64,000 nucleotides of DNA, taken from positions 58,032,001 to 58,096,000 of the forward strand of contig OX597831.1 of the NCBI GenBank assembly GCA_951406725.2. Direction: 5' to 3'. This stretch comes from Octopus vulgaris. Taxonomy: Eukaryota. A program made the position numbers and the translations under genes. The notes beneath the pieces were generated by a model that had not been told where the DNA came from, did no database searches, and saw only the letters and a list, made by a program, of their open reading frames with translations. Of the stretch, positions 1-14,177 are shown piece after piece. Position 1 is the stretch's first letter. Every line of letters starts with the position of its first letter.

Positions 1-360
1 TGTGGCCATGCTGGGGCATAGTCGTGAAGAATTTTAGTTGAATGAATCCGTCCCAGTACTACTTATTTTTTGTGAAGCCTGGTACTTATTCTGTTGGTCT
101 CTTTTACCGAACTGCTAAGTTATGGGGGATGTAAACGTGCCAACACTGGTTGTCAAGCAGTGGTGGGGAACAAACATACACACACACACAAGACAGGCTT
201 CTTTCAGTTTCTGTATACCAAATCCACTCACAAAGCTTTGGTCAATCTGAGGCTATAGCAGAAGGCACTTGCCCAAGGTGTCACATCACGCGGTGGGACT
301 GAACCTAGACCACGTGGCTAGGAAGCAAATTTCTCCCCACACACAGCTCTGCCTACACCT
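1..360 (-). mobile_element. tRNA-derived CORE-type SINE (family 'B', OR1/OR2-like)
   Basis: Reverse complement of the element at 9960-10370 and 22879-23280. Contains cacttgcccaaggtg (CORE-like) and a gggactgaacc B-box. Confidence 0.75.
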
Positions 361-735
361 ATGAGAAGCATTGCTTCTGTGTCTGTATTTAAGCGTATAC
401 ATGTATGTATGTTTTGAATGCTGTGTGTGTGTTTGAGTGTTCACATGTATGTATTTATGTGTGTGTTTGCATTTATGTTGTGATACAACAGGGTATGAAG
501 TAATTGAGGCACAGTGCTAGAACGGGTGCTGATGTATAGTGCCAGGGGAAAAAAATGCTAGGATGGAAAAGGCTAAGGTATAGGGCATATGTATAGTAGT
601 ACAGTAACGGGGTGTGAAGGAAACGGCTATCTTATATCTGTTGAAATATGTTAAATATTAGAGAGAGAGAGAGAGGGAGATAGAGAATGAGAGAGAGAGA
701 GAGAGTGAGTGGGTGAGTGAGTGTGAAAGAGGGAA

Positions 736-767
<32 letters not shown>

Positions 768-820
768 ATGTATATATATATATATATATATATATAAATA
801 TATATATGTATATATATGTA

Positions 821-873
<53 letters not shown>

Positions 874-932
874 ATGTATATATATATGTGTGTGTGTGTG
901 TATATATATGTGTGTGTGTGTGTATATATATA

Positions 933-1023
<91 letters not shown>

Positions 1024-1280
1024 CTGTATATATATCAGAAGTGACTGGAGGGGGTGACAAATAGTCATCAATGTAGAAGGAGGGGAGGAAAGAGAAAAAT
1101 AAGGAACAAGGGAGAGGAGAGAGAGAGGGGGAGTGAGGGAGAGTGGGGGAGATGGAGGGGGAGAGGGAGTGGAAGAGAGGATGGGGTGTGGTTGATAGTC
1201 ATTCAAAGAAACAGAAAGAGAGAAAGAGATGGAGAGGAGATTTTATGGAGAATGAAGATAAAGGGAGTGAGACAGATCAT

Positions 1281-1360
<80 letters not shown>

Positions 1361-1787
1361 AGGGGTGTGAGGGACAAGGGGAGAAATATATGTAAGAAGT
1401 GACTGGAAGGAAAGATAGATAGACATCAATGCGAATATGGAAGGAGGAAAGGTGAGAGAAAAAGGAGGATCGAGAGAGGAGAGAAAGAGAGAGAGAGAGG
1501 GAGAGGGTGAGGGAGAGAGGGAGAGAGAAGAAACGACAGAGAGCGAAGGAACGACGGAGAGAGAAGGAATGACAGAGAGAGAAGGAGGAGGTAAGAAGAG
1601 AGAGTGAGAGAGAGGAAGAGAGGATGGGGTGTGGTAGATAGTTATTCAAAGACACTGAGAGAAAGAAATGAAGAAGAGGTTTATGGAGAAAGAGGATAAG
1701 AGGAATGAGAGAGAGAGAGAGATAGAGGGCGGGAGGGAGGGACGGATGGAGAGAGAGTGGAAAAATTATGTGTGTGTATATGCGTAG

Positions 1788-1822
<35 letters not shown>

Positions 1823-2196
1823 TACAAAATAAAGTGTAAATATGTAATAAATATGAATATGAAATATTTGAAAAATTTGTAGTTTATCCTCATATATGCA
1901 AATCCTATATGTGTGTGTGTGTGTGTGTGTGTGTTTGGGCATGCGTGTGTGCGATGTCTTTTCCTAATTTACAGAAAAGAAGAAATTGGCAAGAATATAA
2001 AGAAAGAACTTTTTTTTTTTACTTTGCCTGAAATATTTTAAGATTGTTATTATTGTTTATTAGGTACAGATGTGTGTGTATATGTGTATATGTCATGTAT
2101 GTATGCGTGAATGGTTATGAATGTATATGACTGTGATTATGTTGTGTGCCTGAGCACCGAATACAGTAAGTCCATCATTATTTTATGTGTGTAAAG

Positions 2197-2790
2197 CAGC
2201 AAGCTGGCAGAATCGTTAGCATGCTGGGTGAAATGCTTAGTGGTATTTTGCCTGCCGCTACTTTCTGAGTTCAAATTCCGCCGAGGTCGACTTTGCCTTT
2301 CATCCTTTCGGAATCGATTAAATAAGTACCAGTTCCTGGGTTCGATATAATCAACTTAATCTGTTTGTCTGTCCTTGTTTGTCCTCTCTGTGTTTAGCTC
2401 CTTGTGAGTAGTAAAGAAATAGGTATTTCGCCTGCTGCTACGTTCTGCGTTCAAATTCCGCCGAGGTCGACTTTGCCTTTCATCCTTTCAGGGTCGATAG
2501 ATTAAGTACCAGTTACACACTGGGATGGATGTAATCGACTTAATCCGTTTGTCTGTCCTTGTTTGTCCCTCTGTGTTTAGCCCCTTGTGGGCAGTAAAGA
2601 AATAAGAAGGTAGTTTGCTTAGCAATAGTTCATCTGTCTTTATGTTCTGAGTTCAAATTCTACCGAAGTCGACTTTGCCTTTCATCCTTTGGGGTCGATG
2701 CATTAAGTACCAGTTGTGTACTGGAATCAATCTAATCGACTGGTCTCCTTCCCCCAAATTTTGGGCTTTGTGCCTAGAATAGAAAAGATT
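2197..2790 (+). mobile_element. tandem array of tRNA-derived SINE family 'A'
   Basis: Three consecutive bodies, each with gttcaaattc(c/t)...gcctttcatcctt...aagtaccagtt. Confidence 0.8.
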
Positions 2791-2861
2791 ATTTTGTGTG
2801 TATGTGAGAGTGAGTGATTGGATGTATTTGTGATTGTAAGTATGTGCTTATGCGCATGAAT

Positions 2862-3200
2862 GTGGTAAGAAGCTTGCTTCCTAACCACATGGTTCTAGGT
2901 TCAGTCCCACTGTGTGGCACCTTAGGCAAATATCTTCTACTGTAGCCATGGGTCAACCAAAATCTTGTGAGTGGATTTAGTTGAATGAAACTGAAAGAAG
3001 CTCATTGTATATATGTGTGTGTGTGTGTGTGTGTGTATCACCACAGCTTGACAACTGTATTGATTTGTTTACATCCCCATAACTTAGCAGTTCAACAAGA
3101 ATGACTGATAGAATAAGTCATTTGACTTAAAGTTCTTCAAGGCAATGCCACAACATGGCTGCAGTATAATGACTGTAACCAGGAAGAGATAAAGGATTAT
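2862..3200 (+). mobile_element. SINE family 'B', degenerate
   Basis: tggtaagaagcttgcttcc...ggttcagtcccactg...gtgagtggatt...gaaactgaaagaag and the characteristic 3' tail. Confidence 0.7.
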
Positions 3201-3581
3201 ATATATACATATCTTTTATCTCTTATGATAAAGGATATATATATAAAGCTGAAGTTGTGTGTGTATGGCAGGTTTGGTAGCCTTCAACTAACACTATCTC
3301 CTCCGAGATCCTGTGGCGCAAGTTGACCAAAATTGAGAGTATGATAGAAGAAGGCTTGCTCTTCATTCCATAGAAGATAAAATTCAAATCGGGCCATGTT
3401 AAGACCAAAAATTATTTACCTCAAAAAGGTGCTTTTTTTCTATGAAAATCCCTATTTTTTACGATTTTTTGACTGATGTGTCTCCATTTTTCGGTGTATT
3501 TAAACCAGAAAAATGTTCATTTAAAGAGAATAGCAAGCTACATAATGCAAAATTTTTACTTTTCAAAAATTCCAATTTTAC

Positions 3582-3631
<50 letters not shown>

Positions 3632-3961
3632 TATAAAATTCACTGTTCATCAGAGAAATCTTCCTGAAGATTTCTCTTGAATCAGTTCTAGTCCTGTAAG
3701 CTCCTTCTATATAATAAATTAATTTTACTCTGCTATGTATTGAGTACCTTATTTACTGTGGTTAACCCCGAATCAACCCGGGACCTACATATATATATAT
3801 ATATATTAATAGTTATCGCCATACTAATATGGCAATCTTATAAATATAAGACTAAAGCTGTCGATGATTAGCTCCAAGAGGCCACCGCCTCAAGCTAGCT
3901 ATTTGACACACAATCTGCGTCCATTATAAACTTTAGAGAGACTTAGTAATTTTAATATTTC

Positions 3962-4009
<48 letters not shown>

Positions 4010-4029
4010 CCTGCTTATGTGCCAAGATA

Positions 4030-4262
4030 AGAAAAAGGAGGATCAAGTAAAAGAGCACATTTATGGTGAATTATTGCTGGACACTGACTCTTGTACACTG
4101 ACTATGAATTTTCAGTTGTACCTATCATCATTGGTGCAGTAGGTTACATACCTACAGATTTACACAAAAACCTAGAAATACTAGAAGATTCAAAGAAAAA
4201 GCAAAAGAAACTGATGGGCATTTTCCAAATCCAATCTATGAAAATTTGTAAGACATTCTGAA
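4030..4262 (+). mobile_element. 3' fragment of an RLE-endonuclease non-LTR retrotransposon (R4/NeSL-like)
   Basis: Translates YEFSVVPIIIGAVGYIPTDLHKNLEIL...KICKTF*, the vvPiiiGaxG motif found at the C-terminus of RLE-type LINEs. Confidence 0.55.
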
Positions 4263-4592
4263 GATTCTCCATCTTAGATTATTCAAATAGATGCATGCAC
4301 TTGATCGTGTGCATCGACATTTCTAACCATATATCAAGCCCATCATGTATTTAAAAACAATATGAATTCTCTTAAATCAAAAAAATTTTGTTGCTTTGTT
4401 AGTAACCAGCTTGAACTCTCTTGAGAAAAACTTAAATAAAACTCAAAGGAAAAGCATGCCTATTTATATATAGAGAGAGGATTTTCCTTATATCTTGTGA
4501 GAGATATAAGGAGCTGGAAATATCCTCTCCAAAGTGTAGCTTTAGGCAGGGTCTTTTAATGGAAGTCCATTAATCGCTCATGCTTGCAAGTC

Positions 4593-4627
<35 letters not shown>

Positions 4628-5576
4628 GTCTCCCTCTTTCTCTCTCTCTCTCTCCCTCTCCTCTATGTCCCTGATGTTCGTCCAAGCAAAAAAGTAAAAA
4701 CAGCAAAGGCTGATACAATTTAGTCACTGTTACAGGCATTGAGTCAAAATGCAAAGGGTTGGAATATATGCCCCACAAAACATCCCATCCAAAGTTCTAA
4801 CAATTCTGTTAATCTACTGTTCTGGACTGGACTGAATTGGTCAACCCAGTTTTTGTCAACCCAGTTAAAAGGAAGGATAAAATTGACTATGGTAGAATTT
4901 GAACTCAAGGTGGTAAAGGACTGGACCAAGTACTACAAGGTATTCTCTCCACCACTCTAATGTCTCTACCAATTTGCTGCCTTATACTATTCCAACTAGA
5001 ATAGAAGAAATCATTACTAGAAGCCAACACACATCCATTTTACAGTGCTACCACTGCCTGCAGTGTTAAGTTCTTTCAACCTTGTTGTAATGACTTGCTT
5101 CTGTACACTTCAGTTGATGCTGTTGAGTAATTTAGTTGACCTGACAGTATTTAAATCCCAAGTCAGCTCTGATCAAGCTGACATACGTTCAAATACATTC
5201 CAGCTTTGTGTGTATATGTATGTGTATTTGTGTAGTGTGTGTTTGTGTAGTATATGTTTGTGTGTTTGTGTAGTGTGTGTTTGTTTGTTTGTGTAGTGAG
5301 TGTTTGTTTGTGTAGTGTGTTTGTGTATGTGTGTTTGTGTGTGCATGTGTACGTGCATGAAGTTTATACATTTTATGACCAGATGCTCTTCCTGTCACCA
5401 ACTCTATATAATAATATTATTTAGACAATAAACAAAATACATAATATACTATCTGTGTGTTCAAGTGTCTTTTCCAATAACTGCAACCAAAGACTTATGT
5501 ATCAATGAATGAATTTGGCAGATGAAAACTGTAGGATGCTTATTGTGTACACACACACACACACACACACACACAT

Positions 5577-5625
<49 letters not shown>

Positions 5626-5838
5626 CACACACACACATGTGCATAGGCACACACATGTATATGTATACACATAAATATCAAACAATGAGAATAAGTGCTC
5701 AGCACTGTATTGGTGGATAAAGATTCTTTATTTACGTATTAAGGCTACCATTGGTTTCATGTTAAGGAATGTCTCTTCAAGCCATTCCCAACGAAAGTTT
5801 GGGGTTTGTTTCCATTTTGGATAAAAACATGCAAGATG

Positions 5839-5870
<32 letters not shown>

Positions 5871-6175
5871 CTTGCTTCCTAGCTATATGGTTTCGGGTTC
5901 AGTCCCACTGCATGGCACTTTGGGTAGGTGTCTTTTACTATAGCCCCGAGCTGACTGGAGCTTTGTGATTGAATTCGGTAGGTGGAAGTTACTGCCGTGT
6001 GTGTATATGTGCGTGTAGGTGCTTGTGCCTCTCCAATAGAGAGAGAGAGAGGGATATATATATATACACATACACACATTCTTCTGCATATGTGTGTGTG
6101 TGCACGTGTATGTGCATCATGTGTGGCAGAGTGTCTGTGTATTTATGTATCAACATATATTATTTGCTGTTGCAG

Positions 6176-6346
6176 AGTCAAAACGGAAGTCTTCCAGTTC
6201 AAGTACAGTATGCCCAAACTACCAAGAACTTGAAGTAACCCATCGAGGGATGCACCGGTTCATACCACGCCACAGTGATGAAATTGATATCGAAATAGGT
6301 GACCCTATTCATGTCAAAAGCGAAGATGATGACCTTTGGTGTCAAG
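6176..6346 (+). CDS. MAPK8IP1: JIP1 homolog internal exon, N-terminal half of SH3 domain
   Basis: ttgcag acceptor, G|gtaaga donor, 171 nt, phase 1-1. Encodes ESKRKSSSSSTVCPNYQELEVTHRGMHRFIPRHSDEIDIEIGDPIHVKSEDDDLWCQ, matching the JIP1 SH3 start (HRxxxRFxPRHxDE...DLW). Confidence 0.93.
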
Positions 6347-6392
6347 GTAAGATATATTACAGCCCTTTTTATTTTTTCTTATTTAGTTCAAA

Positions 6393-6830
6393 AGCAGTAA
6401 GCTGGCAGAATTGTCAGCATTCTGGACGAAATGCCAATAAGCACTTTGTCTGTCTTCATGTTCTGGGTTCAAATTCCACCCAGGTCGATTTTGCCTTTCA
6501 CTCTTCCTGGGGTTGATAAAATAAGTACCAGTTGAACACCGGGATCAATGTAATCGATTTAACTTTCCCCTGAACTTGCTGTTCTTGTGTCAAAATTTAA
6601 AACCATTATTTAGTTCAAAGAGAAGGCACCAAGCTGGCAGAATCGTTATCATGCCAGATGAAATGTTTAGCAGTATTTTGTCTCTTTTCATATTCCGAGT
6701 TCAAATTCCACTGAGGTTGGCATTGCTTTTCATCCTTTTAGGGGTCGATAAAATAAGCACCACCAGTTGAGCACTTGGGTTGATATAACCAATTAGCCCC
6801 TTCAGGCATTGAGTCTATAATAGAAAGGCT
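6393..6830 (+). mobile_element. two degenerate SINE 'A' copies directly downstream of the first SH3 exon
   Basis: agctggcagaat...gttcaaattccac...ttcatcct...gataaaataag motifs occur twice. Confidence 0.65.
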
Positions 6831-6921
6831 TATTTAGTTCAAAGAAGGTGGGTAGAGCATCAAACAAAATACTTTGTGATATTTTGTAATAACCATTTAT
6901 GTTCCGAGTTTACTTTGGCTT

Positions 6922-7412
6922 TCATCATCATCATCGTTTAACGTCCGCTTTCCATGCAAGCATGGGTTGGATGGTTCGACTGGGGTCTGGCAAGCCAGGA
7001 GGCTGCACCAGGCCCAGTCTGATCAGGCAGTGTTTCTACAGCTGGATGCCCTTCCTAACGCCAACCACTCCATGAGTGTAGTGAGTGCTTCTTACGTACC
7101 ACCAGCACGGTGCCAGGCAAGGCTGGCAATGTCCACGATCGGTTGGTGCTTTTTACGTGCCACCGGCACTGAGGCCAGTCGGGGTGGTGCTGGCAACGAC
7201 CACGTTCGGATGGTTCTTTTACGCGCCACCGGCACTGGTATCACAACTACAATTTCCATTGATTTTTTAGCGATTTCGATTCCAATTTCACTTGCCTCAA
7301 CAGGTCTTCGAAAGTAGAGTTTTGTGTCCCAAGAAGGAAAGGTATGCATAAGTGGGCTGGCTACATCCCAGGTAGAGGCCATGGGTTATGGCCTCACTTG
7401 TCCTGCCAGGTC
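6922..7412 (-). mobile_element. 3' end of an RTE-like LINE or derived element with (GAT)n tail
   Basis: catcatcatcgtttaacgtcc...ggatgcccttcctaacgccaacc. The same tail recurs at 12858, 30050-30145 and 60320-60500. Confidence 0.6.
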
Positions 7413-7895
7413 TTAGTCAAATACTGGTGTTACCATAAATTTGATGACTTGAGCCTATGATAAAATTCTTCAAATCATATTAGAGGTTGAGGTTTGATAC
7501 TCTCTTGTGAAGCTAAAGATCAAGGGCAATGAATGGTAGAATTGGTTGAGCTTTAGACAAAATGCTTGTTGTAAGTATTCAGTTTTGATCCTTTACATTC
7601 TGTGTTCAAATCTTAAAGGTATTGATTCTACTTTACATCCATCGGGTAGTGAAATAGGAGTTAATAAAATGACTACTAGTCAAGTACTGAGGTACTGAGG
7701 AACAAAGTACTAGGCAAATACTGAGATAGATATAACTAGCTATAAAATAAGTACTATATTTCCCTTTGATTTCCACATTATGTGGAAGTTCATTGATTGA
7801 TAGTTAGATGGATAGATAGATAGATATATAGACACATAAAGAGACCATGGGTGGGGAGAAGATTGGACTCTAGTATTAGACATGTACCTTATTTC

Positions 7896-8592
7896 TTTTA
7901 TCTTTTACTTGTTTCAGTCATTAGACTGTAGCCTTGCTGGGGCACAGGCTTGAATAATTATTTTATTTTAAAAATTTTCATTTTTTATTTTTTGGCCCTT
8001 TTAAAGCCTAGCCAGGCTCATGGGCCCCGGTTTCCTGGTTTCTATGGCGTATGTGTTCCCCGGCTGGATGGGACGCCAGTCCATCGCAGCATTACTCATT
8101 TTTGCCAGCTGAGTGGACTGGAGTAATGTGAAATGAAGTGTTTTGCTCAAGAACACAACGCGTCGCCCGGTCCAGGAATCGAAACCACAATCTTACGATC
8201 ATGATGCTGACACCCTAACCACTAAACCATGCACCTCCACCCTTGAATAATTATAGCTGAATGAATCAACCCCAATACTTATCATTAATTATTTCGTAAA
8301 GCCTGTTACTTATTCTATCAATCTCTTTTGCCAAACTGCTAAGTTACAGGGATGTAAACATACAAACACCAGTTGTCAAGTGATGGTGGGGGACAAACAC
8401 AGACACAAAGACATACATACAGACATATTTATATGATGGGCTACTTTCAGTTCCTGTCTACCAAATCCACTTACAAGGCCTTGGTTGGCCCGAGGCTATA
8501 GTAGAAGACACTTGCCCAAAGTGCCACACTGTGGAACTGAACTCAGAACCATGTCGTTGGGTAGCAGACTTCTTAACACACAGCCATGCCTG
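7896..8592 (-). mobile_element. SINE 'B' interrupted by a nested V-domain SINE
   Basis: B tail at 7896-7961 and B body/head at 8242-8592, separated by an inserted element. Confidence 0.7.
7962..8241 (-). mobile_element. tRNA-derived V-domain SINE with 13-bp TSD
   Basis: Minus strand reads tggtttagtggttagg (A box)...ggtttcgattcc (B box)...gctgcgatggactggcgtcccatccag (V-like). Flanked by cttgaataattat at 7949-7961 and 8242-8254. Confidence 0.8.
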
Positions 8593-8773
8593 CAGCTATT
8601 TATTGATTTTGAAAGGACGAAAGACAAAGGATAAAAGACTTTATTGGGATTGGGATTTGAACTCAGAATGCAGAGAAATCAAACAAATACCACAAGGCAT
8701 TCTAATACTTCAATGGCCCTGCCAGTTCATTGCGTGTACAATGGTAGTTATATGGATGGTAATATTAGTGATA

Positions 8774-9185
8774 AGGTGGCGAGCTGGCAGAAACGTTAGC
8801 ATGCCAGGCAAAATGCTAAGCGGTATTTCGTCTGCAGTTACAGAGTTTAAATTCCACCGAGGTTGACTTTGCCTTTCATCCTTTCGGGGTCGATTAAATA
8901 AGTACCAGTTATGCACTGGGGTCGATGGAATTGACTTAATTCGTGTGTCTGTCCTTGTTTGTCCCCTCTGTGTTTAGCCCCTTGTGGGTAGTAAAGAAAT
9001 AGGTATTTCGTCTGCCACTACGTTCTGAGTTCAAACTACGCCGAGGTCGACTTTACCTTTCTTCCTTTTGGGATCGATTAAATAAGTACCAGTTACGTAC
9101 TGGGGTCGATATAATCGACTTAATCCGTTTGTCTGTCCTTGTTTGTCCTCTCTGCATTTAGCCCCTCGTGGATAATAAAGAAATA
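8774..9185 (+). mobile_element. dimeric SINE 'A' with 16-bp TSD
   Basis: Two bodies head-to-tail, flanked by ggtaatattagtgata at 8758-8773 and 9186-9201. Confidence 0.85.
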
Positions 9186-9959
9186 GGTAATATTAGTGAT
9201 ATTACTGTCACTTCTCAAGTAGTCTGTTGGTTATAATTCTGTGCTCTCACCATGGTGTCGAGTGTTTGGTTTCTTGTTTGGGACACAACCATCATTTTAA
9301 GGTGGCAAGCTTGCAGAATCATTAGCATGCCAGATAAAATGTTTAGTAGCATTTTGTCCATCTTTTATTTTCTGAGTTCAAATTCCATTGAGGTCGACTT
9401 TGCTTTTCATCCTTTCAGAGTCGATAAAATTGAATCGACCCAGTTGAACACTTGGGTTGAGGAAATTGACTTAGTCCCCTTCTCCCCGAAATTGCTGACC
9501 TTGTGCCAAAATTTGAAATCAATATTAGTGATATTACCATCACTTCTCAAGCAGTCTATTGGTTAGGCAAAATGTTTTGCAGCATTTAATCCATCTTCAC
9601 ATTCTGAGTTCAAATTTTACTGAGGTCAACTTTGCCTTTCATCTTTTTGGGGGTCAATAAAATAAGAACCAGTTGAGTTGTGGGGTCGATGTAATTGGCT
9701 TAGTCTATAACCAGAAATTACTGGCTTTGTGCCAAAATTCGAAATCAATATTTGTCATATTATTGATCGTGTCCTCCAACTGCTGTGCCTATTATTCTTG
9801 TTGTTGTTACTCTACCCCTAACCAGCTTCCATCCAGAAGACCTCTTATAAAAGGACTTCAAATTATAACCACCCAATCTATAGTTTTTCAGGAAGAGTGT
9901 ACTAGGACTACGTTATTTAATTGTACCCCAGCGTTTTCTTTTTTAAGACGTTAGGGTTG

Positions 9960-10105
9960 AGGAAGTAGCTTGCTTACCAGCCACATGGTTCCTGGTTCAG
10001 TCCCACTGCATGGCACCTTGGGCAAGTGTCTTCTACTATAGCCTCGGGCTGACCAAAGCCTTGTGAGAGGATTTGGTAGACGGAAACTGAAAGGAGCCTG
10101 TCATA

Positions 10106-10154
<49 letters not shown>

Positions 10155-10370
10155 ATATGTTTGTGTGTTTGTGTTTGTCTCCCCAACATCGCTTGACAAC
10201 CGATGCTGGTGTGTTTACGTCCCTGTAACTTAGCGGTTTGGCAAAAGAGACCAATAGAATAAGTACTAGGCTTACAAAGAATAAGTCCTGGGGTCGATTT
10301 GCTCAACTAAAGGTGGTGCTCCAGCATGGCCACAGTCAAATGACTGAAACAAGTAAAAGAGTAAAAGAGA
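9960..10370 (+). mobile_element. SINE family 'B', near full length
   Basis: Head ggttcagtccc, CORE-like accttgggcaagt, internal (TA)n, tail gtgctccagcatggccacagtcaaatgactgaaacaagtaaaaga. Confidence 0.85.
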
Positions 10371-10869
10371 GTCTTATTTCTGGCAGCTTCATGATAGTGA
10401 TGATGGTGGTGGTGGTGGTGGTGGTGCTGGTGATGGTGGTGGTTGAGGTCATGATGGTTGTGGTGCTGATACTGGTGGGGTGGTGATATGTTGTTGTTGT
10501 AGTTTAGCTCCATGCGAATCCTCATGGAGCAAACTTTATGATCAAATCCACTCCAGCCATGACCATCCTTCTGCTATTTTATTTTTAAATATGTTAGGGT
10601 GTGAGACAAAGGAGATTTAGCTGCTATTTCTAAATAGAGGTTACCACAATGGTTAATGTGGTATTTCTGATGACAGTCGCATTATCACTGTTGCTAACTG
10701 TTGTGTTGACGGTGGTGTTGCTAATGGTTGTATTGTTGTTAATAGTGGCAGTAGTGTTATTAGTGGCAATTGTGATGATAGTATTGATAGTGGTGGCGTA
10801 GGTGATAGTAGGGGTGATGTTGGTAGTGATGATGTCATTGGTTTGCATTGGTACTTGTGGTGTTGTTGG

Positions 10870-11247
10870 TGTTTGTTTGTTTGTTTGTTGAGCGAAGCAG
10901 TCTTCATCCCAGTGGGAGAAGTCCGAAATGTGGTCCTTTGCTATTTGTAAGACCCGCAGAAGAGAAAGCAGGTCAACCCCCGACACCGAGAGCATCGACG
11001 GATGGATGAATGCGCATCCAGGCTCAGCGGTTGCGTAGGAAGTTGGGGACAAGAAACAGGAAGAAAGAGTGAGAGAAAGTTGGGGCGAAAGAGTGCAACA
11101 GGGGTCGCCACCCCTCATCCCCCCTGCCGGAGCCTTGTGGAGCTTTAGGTGTTTTTGCACAATAAACACACACAACGCCCAGTCTGGGAATCGAAACCAC
11201 GATCCTCCGACCGCGAGTCTGCTGCCCTAACCACTGGGCCATTGCAC
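10870..11247 (-). mobile_element. tRNA(Arg)-like-headed SINE family 'C' (OK-like)
   Basis: Minus strand gcaatggcccagtggttagg...gactcgcggtc (TCG loop)...ggtttcgattccc. Colinear with 58716-59085 and has an (AAAC)n tail. Confidence 0.8.
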
Positions 11248-12254
11248 TGCCACTGTTGTTGGTATTGCTAATAGTGGTGGCATTGTTGATAGTGGTGATG
11301 GTGTTGGTGGTGATGATGGTAGTGGTGGTTCTGTTGGTAGGGGAGGTGTTATTAATAGTGGTATTGTTGTTGGTAGTGGTTGTAGCATTGGTAGCAGTGG
11401 TACTCTTATTTGTAGTGATGGTGCTAGCGGTAGTGTTATTGTTGTTTGTTTGTATTGGTTGTAGTATTGTTGGTGGTAGTAGTAATAGTGTTGGTGATAG
11501 TGTTATTTGTTATTGCTATTGTTGTATGCATTGGTAGTGGTAGCAGTATTGGTAGCAGTGGTGTTGGTGGTAGTGTTACTTGTTTTTGTTGTTATATGCA
11601 TTGATAGTGGTAGGGGTGTTCGTAGTGGTGGTATTGGTGGTAGTGGTAGCAGTGATGCTATTAACAATGATGTAGTTGACAGTTGTAGCATTGGTGAGCG
11701 CAGTAGTATCTGTAGTGGTGATATCAATGATCATGACAACCTTACAAATGATTGTAATAACAGTGAGGGCAATGGTGACTGCTATGCGTCATTTAGCCCC
11801 AGGTCAGCTCAAATCAAGCTGTCTTATAATCAAAACTTTTCCAGCCACGACCATCCTGTCTTCTTCCTACATGCAAAGAATGTGAGTCCAGGCTATTCAA
11901 CAGAAACATTTTCAAGACAGTAAAGTATAATTTCAGCAAGATTTGGCTGTTATTTCCAGCCAATCGAATGAACAAACAAGGAGAGGCTTGCTCAACAGTT
12001 ATGATTATTATTAGCGGAGACAGCAGCTTTAAGAATAAGAGCACGGTGATGATTGTGATGATGGTGATGTGGTTAGTAGCGGTAGAATTGGTGATTGCAG
12101 TGGAGTAAATAGATGTAGAGTGAGTGATAGTGCGGGGCTGCAGTAGTCATGATGATGCAGAAGTGGTGTGACTGAAGAAAATGCTGTACTTGTATATATA
12201 TATACATGCATACATACATACATACATACATACATAGATATATACATATATACA

Positions 12255-12288
<34 letters not shown>

Positions 12289-12325
12289 CATACATACATA
12301 CATACATACATACATACATACATAG

Positions 12326-12396
<71 letters not shown>

Positions 12397-12498
12397 CATA
12401 ATAATAATAAATCAATTGTCTGCTACATCACTGTTCGCTTTTAGAGTGCAAATACCTCCCGTGCATTAATTTAGCAGTGATTGTTGCTGTTGTTGTTG

Positions 12499-12530
<32 letters not shown>

Positions 12531-12648
12531 GGTGGTAGTTCCTGTTGTTCTGGTGCTTAGGAGTAAATAATAATAACGGTAATTTATCTGTCTAGCTGAC
12601 TGTCCGTTCTGTCTGTCTGTTTGTCACTTACTATATGTATATTATGTG

Positions 12649-12680
<32 letters not shown>

Positions 12681-12736
12681 AACATACATATATATACATG
12701 TGTATATATATATATATATATATATACATATATATA

Positions 12737-12768
<32 letters not shown>

Positions 12769-12910
12769 CACATATACAGACAGAGAGACAGACAGACAGA
12801 CAGACATATATATATATATACGTATGTATGTATGAATATATTATCATGTATGTATATATCATCATCATCGTTTAACGTCTGTTTTCCTTGGTGGCATGGG
12901 TTGGAATGCT

Positions 12911-12941
<31 letters not shown>

Positions 12942-12968
12942 ATGTGTGTGTATGTATATATATATGTC

Positions 12969-13001
<33 letters not shown>

Positions 13002-13854
13002 TTATATGTATATGTGTATGTGTATTATATATATATATATATATATAACCCATGGCCACAGTCAAATGACTGAAGAGTAAAGAGAAAGAGTAATGAAAAA
13101 TTTCAATTATCAAAATGGAAAATTTGGGGCCTATGTCTAGCAACATACATATATACATATGTACATTTATGTATGCATACGGTTGTACATGGAAAATGGA
13201 CGCTAAATGATGATGATGATGATGATATATATATATATATAAATATATAGATAGATAGATAGATAGATAGACAGATAGACAGATAGATAGATAGATACAT
13301 GCATAAATATTTATGCATACATATATGTGTGTGTGCATGTGTGAGTGTGTGTGTATATATATATGTATTCATATATATATATTTGCCTATCTGTCCATCT
13401 GCCTCTGTCCGGTATATCTATCTCTGTGTCTGCCAACACCACTGGCTGCCTGTCTATTCTATTTACCTACCCTTGCCGGCAATATAGCTAAACTGCTGCA
13501 TCAGTGCATCATAATCAACATATCAAAGACTTCCCCCATCACCTCACAGACACAAACACACACACACGTTCACTGCCAATTTGGTGCTCACGTGATATTT
13601 CTGTTGTTGCTACAGTGAGAAGACATTGTTAAATGCTGCTACTAAGACAGAACCGAGCATGTCTCTCTCTGTCTCTCTCTCTGTCTCTCTCTCTCTCTCT
13701 TTCTCTCTCTCTGTGTCTTTCTCTTTTTGTCTGGATTTATTATAGTGTATACATGTGCAGATGATGTGCGTGTCTTTGACTATACATTCATATAAATATA
13801 TAAATGCCCATATAAATATGTGTGTATATGTATCTCGCTCTCTTACTCACGCTT

Positions 13855-13885
<31 letters not shown>

Positions 13886-13902
13886 GTATGCATGTGTGTG
13901 TA

Positions 13903-13942
<40 letters not shown>

Positions 13943-14096
13943 TATATATGCATACATGCAAACATGTATATATATATATATATATATATATAGATAGATA
14001 GATAGATATATGTATATATATATAATATATATGTATGTATGTATGCATGTATGTATATATATATATTATATATGTGTATGTATGCATGTGTGGGTA

Positions 14097-14177
<81 letters not shown>

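Noticed and set aside
632-1893. Long ORFs of YI/HT/CV/ER/SL dipeptides here and at 12-14, 34-35, 40 and 53 kb
   Set aside because: They are translations of (TA)n, (CA)n, (GA)n and (TACA)n microsatellites, which lack stop codons by composition.
10630-11923. Mucin-like and transmembrane-like ORFs
   Set aside because: Degenerate (GGT/GTA/GTT)n trinucleotide repeats with an inserted SINE.
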